The notes beneath the pieces are model-generated. The model ran no database searches, had not been told where the DNA came from, and saw only the letters and a program-made list of their open reading frames with translations. The position numbers were made by a program, and so were the translations under genes. This document shows positions 1-12,767 of a stretch of DNA of 64,000 nucleotides, in pieces. Positions within the stretch are counted from its first letter, which is position 1; every line of letters starts with the position of its first letter. Source of the stretch: Phoronis australis (Eukaryota; Animalia; Phoronida); NCBI GenBank assembly GCA_002633005.1, contig NMRA01000042.1, positions 1,278,878-1,342,877 on the forward strand. The letters are read 5' to 3'.

Positions 1-784
1 TTTTCAAAAAGCTTGTTGGGTTGTTCGTTCATGTCAGTGTGTAGTTAAAGCCTTTGTGCAAGAGAGTCCTCTATTATGAGAACTAGTTTTCCATAATAGT
101 CGGATGCATGGGTCCCTGATTTGAGAACCAGTTACTACTATTGAATAATGCCTGTTATTCAGTGGTAATAACAGGTTTTATGGGACCCACCTGTCCGATT
201 ATTACCTAGTTTTCTTCACAGAATAACTGAGAACAGGTTTTCAAAATCTGAGGTCCCTGTAAGTGACTGTTGCCATGTTTTCGATCATTTTTTGAAACCC
301 TGAAGAAGAATTAGTGCTGTCTTTGAAAATTTAATTGGTGGGAATGCCAGTAATCAATGAGTACTGGGTGATCTGTTACAGAATACATTATGGTGGAAAA
401 TTGAATTTATAAACTTTTGTTATTCCATATTAAATCTCCTATAGCATGCACTTTAAAAAACCCTACAGGTTTTGGTTAATGTTTTTGTAGGCAATACACT
501 GTACGGAACTATTAATTACCCTGAAAGGACAGAACCACATTACGAGGGGTGTTATACTTATATAAAGACATTTGTATCAGCGAATTGTCTGTTCACTTAA
601 ATGCTCGTACTCATCTTAGCGTCCACCCCCTAGTTTTTAACTTTCCCAAGTTAAGCACCTTGGGCATTGTTCCAAACAAGTACGGTAAAAAGCATTTCAA
701 AAATCAACTGCAATAAATCAGTGAGCTTCAAGCCATGTCACTTTAATTATTCGCAAATTCTAGATTTCATTTATTCTCTTTCAG

Positions 785-3700
785 CTGCAAGCCGCCTTTA
801 AGGCTGGTCTACTAAAGCCTGGGTTGAACACACGAGCACCAAAAGAACTCAAAGAATACCGAAATAATGTTGTGAGTTCATGGTGTATTCCATTTATTTT
901 GTATTATTTATGAAAAAAATTTGCTTGTGGTGAAGACGAATCCATTGATGAGACAATGACTGCCCTTGTGAGAACCATGCAGCAGTGATTCTCTAAGTTG
1001 ATGGCTTGGCACTGTAAACATTTGCACTTTTTCCTGTCAGTAGAACCCAAGAGTCAATTGGTAGCAAAATTGTGCTTGCTTTTTTCTCACATAAGAAGTG
1101 GTTTCTGGGCTTTGGAAGAGCTGGTGGTTTTTTGTTGCTTGAAACCAATATCTGTACGTAAAGTGACATGCCATGACAAGTCAACTTATTGATCCTGGTA
1201 TCGAGTCAACTGTCAGTTTAGTAAAGAATGAGTTCAGACCAATTTCAAAACTCTTAGTGGTAAGTTAGTTTCTTTAACAGAAGGGGTTTATAGCTGGCTT
1301 AAAACTGTTCAGCCAAATAGTATTGCTCCGGAGACTGTGCAAGTTACTATGCACACCTCCCACCAGATTATTTGCATTCTTGGTCAAATTCTCAAGTTTC
1401 ATCACTCATTATAAGGAAAGGACACTTATAGAATTATATAATCTTTCTCTTGTCACCATATACCTGCAGTTTCATTTTCTGCTTACCAGAACGTGGGATC
1501 TCTGGGGTAAAAACTTTGAACAAGTACTTGAACGCTTAACCACTAATCACTCGTAATTTGATTTTGAGCAAGCAATGATACAGGAAATGGGTATTAGTGT
1601 ACTTTACTGATTGAAGATGTCTTCTTACATGACATACTTTTAGGTTTCATGTCTTTTGTCTTAACATCAGTTTTCCATTTTCTTTATGCAATGCTGTGCA
1701 TTCACGGTTTCCAGGCTGGCCTAAAGCACAAGCTGGCCCAAATTCGACAGTCGCTAGAGTGGCGAGCTCGTCTGGATTTAACCAATAAACCGGCTCCAGC
1801 CGCACCAAACATGGAGGTGGAAGAAGAGGGCGACACTGATACACACAACGACTTCAAAAGGGAATTGAAATTGTGAGTTGTTTGTTGTTTGACTATTTCC
1901 GTGAATCTCTAATGGTACTTCAAAGCTGCCCTTTCCCTTTACCAACTGCTTGATGAATGTGAAATCAAGAAAAAAGTTTCGCCTGATAGCCTTTTCTGTA
2001 TACCTGTGTATTTTGTAATTTTCCACATTGTGTCTTTTGATGTTCAGCTATCGCCAGGCTCAGGCTTCGGCACTTGAAGGTCTGGCGCGACTTCACAAGC
2101 TGGGTATCCCTACAAGGCGACCGGATGACTACTTTGCTCAGATGGCCAAGACAGATGACCACATGAAGAAAGTACGAGAGAAACTACTGGCCAAGCAGCT
2201 AACCATGGAGAGGTCAGAGAAAGCCAAAAAACTCCGGGAGCTGAGGAAATACGGCAAGAAAGTGAGTGGGGCAAACGAGGGGGCATTTTTTGGCACTTAT
2301 TATTATTATTAGCTTCATTCTTTGCAACTAGGAGGAGACGGGTGGTATCTTATTGAATGTTACACTGAGTGACCAAGATGGCGGGCCACCTTCAAAAGCT
2401 ATCAACAAACTTTCATCAGATTGCTGTTAGTAATTAGTTTTATGACTCTTTGATAATACTTGTATTTGTGCTGCGCGTAGTCAATGGTGACATGATGGAA
2501 ATGGATAAACAGTGTAGAGTTGTAATTAGCAGGGTTTGGAATTTTCCACGGAAACGCGGATTTCCGCTTTTTTCAAATGTTCTGTCCGGGCATTTTATTA
2601 TATTTCCGCGTAAAAAATCGGATTTGATATAAAATTTCCGCGGCAAATTCCTTTCTGACCGCGGCGTTGCAGACGACGTTCACCTCGAAAAGCAGAAGTT
2701 GCTCTTTATGTTTCGGAGGAACGTAAATTGTCAACATTGCCGGGGCATCTGGGATAGCGTGGTGGGATTTTCAATGGCGTCTCGTGTTATTGTAAACCGC
2801 GCCGACAAATACTACGGCTCTGCAGCCAAAATATTACTGTTAGCATATTTTTCCGTCCAGATGCTTTAGCTGAGGACAAAAGCTTGTTTTTCTACCTATT
2901 AACAGGTGAGCATAGTTAAGAGCTTCATCAAATTTGCACTCACAAGGGATACGCATGTATTTAATAATTGTGCTTGTCACTAATAACTCTGCCAACATTG
3001 TCACAAAAATACTTTAGTTCAAATACTGAGTATTTACACCAATCGCTTACTTTTGAACAGGTTCAAACAGAGGTCCTGCAGAATAGGCAGAAGGAGAAGA
3101 AAAAGATGTTGGATCAAGTTAAGAAATATAGGAAAGGTATGGTATCTTAAACAACACATTGCTTGCTGGTCGTTAATACACCAGTGATATACGATAATTC
3201 TTCACCCATTTAGCATAAAATATGTCCAACTAATGGAATTTTATTTTTGTCAAATTTCCCAAGAAAAGTAAAGATTAAGAAAATGATGCATTTATTGTTA
3301 CCATGGTTTGCTGTGTACAACTGATTTAAAACAAATTTAAGCTAGAGAAATCCTTAAACTAGTTTTACTAGAAAAATGGCCATTTTGACATTTATTTTTG
3401 TGCAAAACTGAGGAATGACTGTAACCAGTATTAATGCATGACTTTTTGTTTGTTGTGTCTGCTATCGTTCTGACATTACCGTGCTTAAGCCATGCACTGA
3501 ATTGAATGTTGTCTGAAAGTTGAAGAATTTGCATAGGTTAGTAATCAACTGAAACAAAGACATACAAGGAATGAATACAAAAATTATATTACAATGAGCA
3601 ATAAGAAACAAAGTGAAATGGAGAAGAGATTTTGATTTTTCGAATTAGTATTAATGAAGTCTTTTTTATTATTTGCAATCATGTTTTTGTTGAACAATTA

Positions 3701-5732
3701 AAAACTCCACTACTACAGAATCTTGTTTTGCAATAATTTTGCTTTGAATCGAAACAAGTATGCCGCAATGTTCAATATATCTAAATTTCAACATGTTTTA
3801 CTATACTCACACACATTTCCATCAGAAAAACATTTTCTATCTAATGAACAAGACCCAAACAGTATACATGTACAGGAGTGATCTAGATGCACAACTGCAT
3901 AGTAACAACATCAATGACAACACTCACAAAACATCACTTTCTACTACAAATTAATGCTTATTTTGCTGAAGGTTAAATGGGTGAAGTTGCTCATTTGAAC
4001 TGCTCTGTTTGCTTAAACTCAGGTCAAGAGAACAAACTCGACTTCCTTGATGACGATGGACAGTTGGTCAAGTCTAACAAAGCTTTCAGCAAAGGTGAAA
4101 ATAACCCAAGGTGAGGAAATCTAGTTGTGAGCTACTGTTAGCAAACTTGTCATTTTCTTTATAACTACGTCAGCACAAAATGTTGACAAAAACCTTTTGG
4201 TATTGTCTTCTTTGCAAATAGTGCTGGGTTGTTTATTCATTCCTTTTAGTCATTTATTCCTTTAGAATACAAATCCTGGAGTCTGTGGTGTTTTGAGAAG
4301 TATATAATATCTTAATCTGTTGAGTTGCCATATGCTTAAGTTATTCATGATTACGTAAGCTTCTGCAATTGCCTAACACATTAGGCTGCAACTCTGGGGG
4401 TTGCAGGTTTAAATCTGCATTGAGACTATGTGTGATAATGTCCTTTTAATACAGCAGGTATTTAACGTTTCTTGTTACTGATTGCTCTGACATAAGGATT
4501 GACTGCCGCTTACTTGATTCAGGACTGTCTAAAGTTTGGAGTTCGGCTTGACCTAATTAATGTTGCGTGGGACTTAAAATATTTAATTGATCTGATTATT
4601 ACTTTTATTTCTGTTTAAATTGCAGTGCAAATAAAAAGAGGATGTACAAGAATGCCAAGTTTGGCTTTGGAGGTCAGAAGAAGCGGTCCAAACTGAACAC
4701 GGCAAAAAGCGCGTCCGACATGTCCGACTTCAGCTCCAGTAAACACTCGTCACGACCTCTGATGTTCAACAAAGGAAATAAAAACAAAGTATGAAAATTG
4801 CTAGAGTGCCTGACCTTACAGTCATGTAGGGTCTCATTGACAAGTCTGCACATTAAGCCAAATATCTGCAAAACAATAGATTTTAACTTTGCAGAATTAT
4901 ATTTTATGAAATCTGAAAGCCTTGAAAATGTGGTTTTTGAATTTTTATCAATCTGCCATTAATTGGGTGACATGATCATGTCTTTAGTAAAAGTTAGGAA
5001 AACAGGAAAGTTCATTGATATTAAAACAATGGTGTCAATAATATGATCAAATTTTATTTGGTATAAATGTTCAAAATGGGATCTCAAAAACGCTATAGTT
5101 TACTGAAATATTTTATTTTGTGCAGCTTTTTTATGAAAATCTTAAGTCATGCTTTTTGAAACCCCTATAAGTGGAAACTTTAAAAGCAGTTACTGTACTT
5201 GACAGCGTTTTGGAGAACTGCTCATGTAGCGCAGTATCTGAAAGTTTTGTACTAATGTGATGTTATTTCTGAAAAATGAATGTTCCGTAGTTAGCCAAAA
5301 ATGGACACTTTTCTTGGGTCCTACATAACCTACAGGCCTGAAAACTCATCGCATTTGTTGACCTGTGAAGGAGTTAGTTGCAGATGTCTGGAAAGCAATC
5401 TCAGTGCATCAATATTGATTTCAACGTTGAAATTGTTGTAATTAAATTACTTCCTAAATTGAATTTGCATTGTATGCGGGCTGTTCGGTGAGCATCTGTG
5501 GCAAACATGCTTTTAATTATTTAAGTGACATTTAAGTGATTTATTTATTGTTCGTGTTGCTATATAAAGTGGAATTCAATTTTTCAAGGTTTCACATGTT
5601 TGCGATGTTTTAAGATGAAGACTAGTTTCCAAAGTTTGATGCGGCAAAGCTAATGCGGTCTTTTACTTGTAGAAATCAAAGCGACCGGGTAAGCAAAGGC
5701 GACAGGTCATGAAATCAAAGAAGAAACGATGA
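785..5732 (+). CDS. EBNA1BP2: rRNA-processing protein EBP2 (EBNA1-binding protein 2 homolog); 5'-partial, 7 coding exons in window
   Basis: Exons 785-871, 1715-1872, 2048-2261, 3061-3136, 4023-4110, 4626-4788 and 5673-5732, all AG/GT bounded and phase-compatible. Translation includes LQAAFKAGLLKPGLN, NDFKRELKFYRQAQ, IPTRRPDDYFAQMAKTDDHMKKVR, KFGFGGQKKRSKLNT and KRPGKQRR, matching the Ebp2 family. Stop TGA at 5730-5732. The start exon lies upstream of the window. Confidence 0.95.
4900..5331. mobile_element. Non-autonomous DNA-transposon (MITE-like) repeat; related copies at ~22480-22861 and ~42930-43284
   Basis: Shares the block 'tgccattaattgggt..catg..cttta' with the 42.9-kb copy, and a common end 'agccaa....ggaca..t..t...tcc.acataacct' with both other copies. 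The 43.28-kb copy ends in TTAA. The superfamily (Kolobok/piggyBac-like) is inferred only from that TTAA. Confidence 0.55.
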
Positions 5733-7331
5733 GAAGATAGGATTGTTGTGAAAAGAGTACGAATCTGTAAAGTGACGTTGATGTAGAAGGAATATTGTGC
5801 CCTCATTCAGGCTGATACTGGCTTGTTGGCACGGCGCGGTACAGACTTCAAGTTTTATAAGTACCTTGGTTGTATTGGGTGAACTGTGGAGAACAACCAA
5901 GTGTTAGTCAAGACTGAAGCTGGTTAACGGAAGTAGCTTGCTTTTGGCATACAGTACAAGAGAAAAGATATCATACAATACCATTTCCCCTGTCATTACA
6001 GCTAATTCTGCAATAAAAATGACTGGTAATAACTAGTAGGCTGCAGTATTCTAATTACAGAATGGCTTAGCCAACTTTCCTGTTAATTCTCCTTCATTCC
6101 TGGTCATGAGGGGAGACAACTCTGACAATGAATTTGGTTTCTGCTCTGCCATCAGGACAGGGAATTCTGGGTCACCTTGTCTGAATACTTTTGGCGTGTG
6201 CTGTGGGCCCGAGCCTGTAAACTCAAAACCCTAGCAAAGACAGCAAAGTTACTGGAGTTCATATTCCAGTTACTTAATTAAATGTTAGTTGTTCCCATTC
6301 CAAAGTCTAAGACAAGGTGTTGAAGAGACATCTGGTGGTAGAACTGGGTTCTGTTTTATGAAAAGTGTTTCAAGTCTTATTTCAAAAAATTTGACTTGCG
6401 CTTTCACTGCACAATTACTGAATAAAGTTTTTGACTTTTTGAATTATCGTGGGCTTGATACAAACTGTGTACAGTTGTAATTCTAGTGTAAACAATAGTC
6501 TCGCTAGGTCTCGCTTCATCACCTGTTTTCTTATGGGCACAAATGAGTCACTGTGAGAAAATCAAGTTTTAACTAAAAGTTATATTGAGTACAGCATAGG
6601 CAGGTAAAAATGACTAACTGCATAGTAATTCAAAATAAGAAGAGCAGTTAATTCATCAAAGCCACTGTATAACCTTAGAAAATAAGGCAGTGTCTTGGTA
6701 CTTGATTTCACAACTCGGTCATATTACATATTATAAACAGGGCTCAATATAAGTTTAAAAATGTGGATATCCCAACGACTTCAGGGACGATTTAATCACT
6801 CGTGCGATAAATACTAATATTTTTGATTGTCACGTGGAGACTGGCCATGTTTTGAATTATGGAGAATAAAGTCTCACAGATTGGACTGTGTGTGTTACAG
6901 TTGCCATTTAATGTTTACAAATAATAATAGTAATATGATAGACTCATAGTTCCCTACAGCGACTTGAATTGCTTGCTAAACCCCATGCTTCATAGAAAGA
7001 TAAGACAAAACTGCAGTGTATTATTACTATAAATTAAGTAATTCATGTTATTGTCTCAACAGGCATCCAAGTCTTGTTTCGTAAAAAGTGGGTTTTAACA
7101 GACTCGAGACCTTACGCTTTTTACGATTGGTCTTACGCTCCCACTTGAAAAAGCTAATTAACATATAGCCAAGTAATTGCGAGTGCATCGGCTAGAAATA
7201 GTTTTTAGTTATTCGTAATATTTTCAGAGACTTTCCACTTTAGCTCAAGTGAGCTTTAGTTATACAATTTCAAAAATAGTTGTGCAGAGCGGAAGACCAA
7301 ATTTCTGTCTAGAGTCTTATGTCACTTTTTA

Positions 7332-7470
7332 GGAGGCAGTGTGGCCTGGTTGATAAGTGCCCGCTTTCTTTACTCGAGGTCGTGGGTTCAAGTCCCACCA
7401 TGTCACACTGCTAAACACTTGAGCCAGGTTTCTAGCTCCTCAGCTCGGATTTAACCATATATCAATAAAG
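7332..7470 (+). mobile_element. tRNA-derived SINE head (Pol III A/B boxes)
   Basis: A-box-like TGGCCTGGTTG (7342-7352) and B-box GGTTCAAGTCC (7385-7395) at tRNA-like spacing, followed by a non-tRNA body. No complete cloverleaf or acceptor stem. Confidence 0.6.
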
Positions 7471-8758
7471 CATAAAAATATTTCCAGGTGATCAGTGCAA
7501 TGGGCCCACATGCGAGGCCTGCGCACGTCTGATACAACGTGTATCAGACCACCTGCAATTATTTTTTTTTATATGTCACTTTTTACGAAACGGGACTATA
7601 AATATCTGCCGGATATCTTTAACAGCAATGTACGACCTCAACCAAACTAGTGCAAAATCTCCACCTGATGAAAATGAAGAAAATGCTAGCAACATCCATT
7701 ACGATGCTTGATCAGATACAACAAGTCTGTACCAATTAACTTTATTCATCTATGGTATAAATACATTTGAATTAAAGACTCGTATTTGGCAGTGATCATG
7801 ATCTTCATATAGATAACATTCCTACCTTCAGCTTCATTGGAATAATTTGTTATCTGGATGCTACAAGGAATAGATTAATGTAATGTTAGACCTGTGATAC
7901 CTCAATGGTGCTATGTCACAAACATTTTGATATACAAGGTTTTCATTTACATTTTTAAGTAGGATTTCAAAACCAATAAATAAAGGATGTATATTAAGTC
8001 ATTATGTTGCCCAGCTGCTACATTTTAGGGCTTGGAAGCTCTTCAAATTTCTTCCCCGTTAAAGCAGAAGCGATAAAGAATGCGCAACAAGAGAACAACA
8101 TTTAAATGAGCAAAAGCCCAATAAGTTAAAATCTTTGATTTTGATAATTATGCTGTATAAAATACTACAGGTGAAAATGGTGACCACAAATGAACAGACC
8201 AGCCGTTTACAAGGAGTTGCTGGACAGATTGCAAATAGTGAATATAATGCTGATAACAGTTCATTCTGAAACATTCTGAACAGCCAACTGCTACCACAAT
8301 CCCACAATTCCCTGCTTCGGGCGTGAAAAAATGTCCACATCATTAGTATACCCAATGTTCAGTAGCAGTCTTCAAACAAGATCAAGTTTTAAGTCAAACA
8401 CAACGTTCATGGCTGTATGCCACTCTCTAGTGTGCTGAAGAGGTGACTCAATTCTCTTGTGTCAATAATCCACAAATGTGTTGTTTTCACTGTCCAGTTA
8501 TCACTTTCCTGGCTATGACCTCCAGTGTTCATGTTGCTAAATACAGCTTGTTTGTCAAACCACCGTTTTGGGTGTTGAATATCAACCACCAAAATGTCTC
8601 ATCCAACTGTTTGGGCAAGCAGTGTTTTTAGCGCCCATTTGAGAGGCTGGTCTAGCTAACCCGTCAGTAGGGTATAATCAACACTTTTTGTTCCTCATTT
8701 TTCTCAAATGAGCGCTAACTATCGCATAATGGCGAAGGTACGAATAGTTTGTGAAATA

Positions 8759-11700
8759 TTATTGCATATTTTCAGTCTGTTCCTTTACCATCCAAACAGC
8801 ATCCATGAATTTTGTAATTGCTGTATTCTGTCGAGCAAAACATAACCTTTTGTCTGACCGGTCGGCGTCGATCTACAAAATGAAAGAATATTTTGAAATT
8901 ATGCTTTTGACTATGTAGTGTTCATTCATGGCATTGAATGTATTTTTCTTAAACCCTTGTGCAATGTTATCTTTGAAAAACATCGTTTTAGTTCAAATTT
9001 TGAAAAAGCGTGTTAGCGTTCCTAATTACTTGTCATAACACTGTTTACCTTCATAGATTGTTTTAACAGAAACATTCACAGCAGTGATCTTGATTTGAGT
9101 TTGAAGTTTGCATTGCTATCTTGATCTAATTCAACACTGCATGGCCTAATATTCATCAGCGGCATCACATTGAATAAATATGAAATTGGTGTTCAGCATC
9201 TAATAATAAGTCCAAAATAGATTTTATTACATTAAAAAGTGAAACACAATCTCTGCTCTCGCAAAGGTCTTAGCTACAAGTCTTTCAGAAAAACTGTATA
9301 AACCATTCTGTGACAATAAAATTTATTGACTGAGAAGTTAAATTTTTAACAATACATGATAATTGATCCAAAGATTGTTTTGCACACCAGTAGTGCAAGT
9401 AGAAGGTTCGACAACTAACTTGGAAATTTAAAGGTACATTGTCTGCAACTGACCATTACAGGACACAGAATTATTAATAAATCAGATTTACGTCGTTTTC
9501 TGTGACCTAGGCCATTGGAGCCTTTCACTTAATGATTCATACAATGTAGGCAATGCAGAGTTTTGAAGACTTCTAGGTGTAAAATAAAACATATCCATAC
9601 CAGGGGCCTTGTGATCCAACCAATCTCTTGTGCCTCTGTTTGAGGGAACATGTATTTTTTGACTGGCTCTTGCTGGGCACGGCGTATAACTTGTTTAAAA
9701 TGAGCTGAAACAAATTGATGAAATTATGATCTGGATCCACAGAATTTTTAAAAATATTTATAATCGAAATTTGTAAGATACATACTGGCTACTATCTTGT
9801 GAGATTTGACACTAGGGGACATTAAGTTTAACTCGACTGATGGTAATAACCACTGACAATGAACCCACTATTTGAGAACCAGTTTCCAGTATTAAATGGG
9901 CATCACGCTTGTCAAAAAATTTATCATTGCTTGACTGAAGTATAATTGCTTTTCCTGAGTAGTAAGCCTATGAAAATTTAAAAAACAATAATTTTTTTTT
10001 GTCATTAATTCCAGAAACATCTGTTATATATGCGCTCTTGAATTGGTCAAATGTCCATTTATTTGTATATAAACTTTTGAGAATTGCAGCTGATTCACGC
10101 ATCGAATACAGAGGAAAGAGTGTTTATACGTATCGCAATATGCGTGAGTAATATACGAAAGTTGTCGCTATACTTACGATCTTCTTCCCCCTCCATGGAG
10201 TCATGCTGCGAGTTCACTTTACTCGTTGTTGTGTGAACTGTAATGGGAAACAGGAAATTTAGTTACAGGTTTGAAATCTGAGTTTGAATAATCCAATTTA
10301 TGTTTGTCTAAAAATAATTCACAAGGTTTCTATTAAGTGAAATAAAAAGTAAGGGGGCAACTGAGACCATTTGACGTACTCAAACTATTGTTGAAGTCAA
10401 TAAACACAAAACTATACTTATTATCATGTTTGTGGAAATATTCATTGACTCTTAAGCGAATAGCCTGCAAAACTAACAATAAAGATAATATACATTCCAC
10501 CAATGGTATTTGTCAACTGAAAAGCACGTTTTACTAAACCTTTCAATGTGCCTAGTGAATGTTACCCTGTTTTTTTCTCATGCACATTCTAAACATTGCT
10601 AAAATTAGCATGACTAAGTTTGCTAAGTTCAATATCCATAGGTACAATTCTAGGTATAAATAATGTGTAATTATCATTTAATTAAAAAGTAAATTCACTT
10701 ACACAAAATGTTGATGTTGAGCAAATTGGTGTGACAACCCAAGCATCACAACAGCATGAAAATTATAAAAATCAAGTACAGGGGAGTACTGCTCTCCACA
10801 AAAATCAGAAATACATACCAATAAACCTGTTAGCTCATTTATCATTTGTATGAATTCAAATGAGAAACCTTAATTTATAAGGCTTGGATGTCAATAATGT
10901 TTTTCCTACTGGATTTTTTGCCAAAAAGTTTTTTGATTTTGAAGTAAGTTTTGGCATAATTTTTTAACTTCTCCAAAATAAAACTCGAAAACTGCCTATT
11001 TCAAGAACGTACTTGACCAGTGAGAGCAATATTCTAGCTAGCAGCGAGTTAGTTTAATTGCAGCTAAGCATACAACTAATTCACTCAGTCACCATGTTAC
11101 AAAGAGCCTCCTTTTAAGTTTTAAAAACAACACATTCCGTGCCTAGTCACAATGCAGTGTATGATATTTTTGTATGTTTGGTTAATATTTATGTCTCAAA
11201 AGCATTTTTTAACCTAAAAAGAGGCTCATTTTTAAAATTATGGTAACTGCGTAAATAAGATTTATTAGAAAAGATCTGCAGGTAGGTATCTGAATACACC
11301 GAAGAGGAAAAGACGGTTGTGCTTAAACACAACACAACTTGTGATTTGACTGAAATCTAGCAGCCAATTTGGTTCCTAGCTCAAACACATAAATGGGTTG
11401 CGCAAACAGAACTGTAAAATAGTCAATTACAACAAAAATCCTAAATTCCTGACATGACTAGTTGTTACCTGATAAAGACTTTAGGACAAAAGAAAGATTT
11501 TTTAAAATGTACACAATAATTGCCCTTTGATCTAATAAATTTGAGCACTTTAGTTCAAATATCTTTGTAATTTTGGCAATTTTTTGTACAAAACTATGAC
11601 GACTGAAAAAAGATTGAAACAAGTTTGTGGGAAGAAATTACAACAGTTCCACACATCACATTTTGAATGTTTCTTGAATCAATGAGTTTTGAAGAACAAT

Positions 11701-12658
11701 CATATGGATATTTGCGTATGGAAGGTATTTGCAGACTCAGAAATTCTAAACAAGAGCTGAAGACAGTGTAGACATATCATTTACTGACAAAGGCAAAAGG
11801 CAACTGGGAAATAAGATGCATTCTACGTGCAACCTGGTAACATAGATTACAACGAAAACTTAAGTACGGGGTATGTATACTTACAGTTGTCTAGAAAAGA
11901 CAAAAAGAAGAGTATGAGAGTCAATAATACTTATGGAAATAAAAGTTATTAAAAGTATTCATCACGGGTGTTATGCCAATCTTTGTTAAAACTTGTTAGA
12001 GGCAATATGTCACAAAAAGAATGACCTGTGGAAGTAGCCAGCCAGCCACTGTTGCTAAAGTTGCTGAAGGCCCATACAGCGTCATATAGTTTATTTGTAA
12101 TGTTAATTAGAATGTATTACTATTAGGTGATAAGCAGAATAACTGGAATTCCCGGTGGAGGGTCACTCATATTAACAAGGCCGTGCTCACAGGCGTGTCA
12201 CCAAAAATTACAAACAGACCCCCCACTGCAGGTGGCAGGTCTGCTAATTTCCACCCCCTTTAGCAGGATATTTTTTCTGCTACACCCCCTTTGCGGGGAC
12301 GAAATAGAAATTTATGGGCCTATTGGACCCCGCGCGCGTAGTGCAAAACTTAATGAAAAAGTATCGCCTATACCTGCATGCAATTATTGATACATGCCTG
12401 TGGGCAACTTGTCAGTATAGGAGTGACCCCCGGGCTGTAATTATAACCACTCAAACTAAAGATGGTGGGTTAAACAAACACATTGATTAAAACCAATAGA
12501 CGGAATTTCACTATCAAATACTTACTTTTATTGAATGGGTTTACACTGTAATTTGTATATAGTTGCTGATTCCTGAGTTCTTTCCCAATTGTCTCATTCA
12601 TGATTGCCTGTTGGTGAACAAAATTCACAGGTGGTCTTTCTGGTTTCGCCGCTGCCAT
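8759..12658 (-). CDS. CFAP144: Cilia- and flagella-associated protein 144 (FAM183 family), 136 aa, 4 exons
   Basis: Minus-strand exons 12526-12658, 10178-10237, 9601-9704 and 8759-8872 with canonical splice sites and consistent phases. Protein MAAAKPERPPVNFVHQQAIMNETIGKELRNQQLYTNYSVNPFNKIHTTTSK...EPVKKYMFPQTEAQEIGWITRPLIDADRSDKRLCFARQNTAITKFMDAVW matches FAM183A motifs (KELRxQxLYTxYxVNP; PxKKYxxxQTExQEIGW). Confidence 0.92.
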
Positions 12659-12738
12659 AGTTGCACCGTAACTGAGTTCTACACCTTCACCGGACTGTTG
12701 ATACTGTAAGAATGAACGTCTGTGTTGTATCAGTGACC

Positions 12739-12767
12739 TAAACAATCACCTTGTTGCTAGGGGTAAC
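12739..12767. promoter_or_regulatory. Forkhead (FOXJ1-type) motif plus RFX X-box upstream of CFAP144
   Basis: TAAACAA at 12739-12745 and X-box GTTGCTAGGGGTAAC at 12753-12767 (GTTGCY-N3-RGYAAC), 80-110 bp upstream of the CFAP144 ATG. Confidence 0.7.

Noticed and set aside
4427-4494. Possible intronic C/D snoRNA in EBP2 (tatg-GTGATAA...CTGA-cata)
   Set aside because: Box C deviates at a k-turn position, I could not identify a guide of 10 nt or more to rRNA, and it overlaps a degenerate SINE-like stretch. A snoscan or Infernal search would be needed.
7332-7405. Possible tRNA gene
   Set aside because: A and B boxes are present, but there is no convincing acceptor or anticodon stem, and the sequence continues into a SINE-like body.
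12470-12745. 91-aa single-exon ORF as listed in the ORF track
   Set aside because: Only 12526-12658 is coding (CFAP144 exon 1). The rest is 5' UTR/promoter and read-through past a gtaagt donor.
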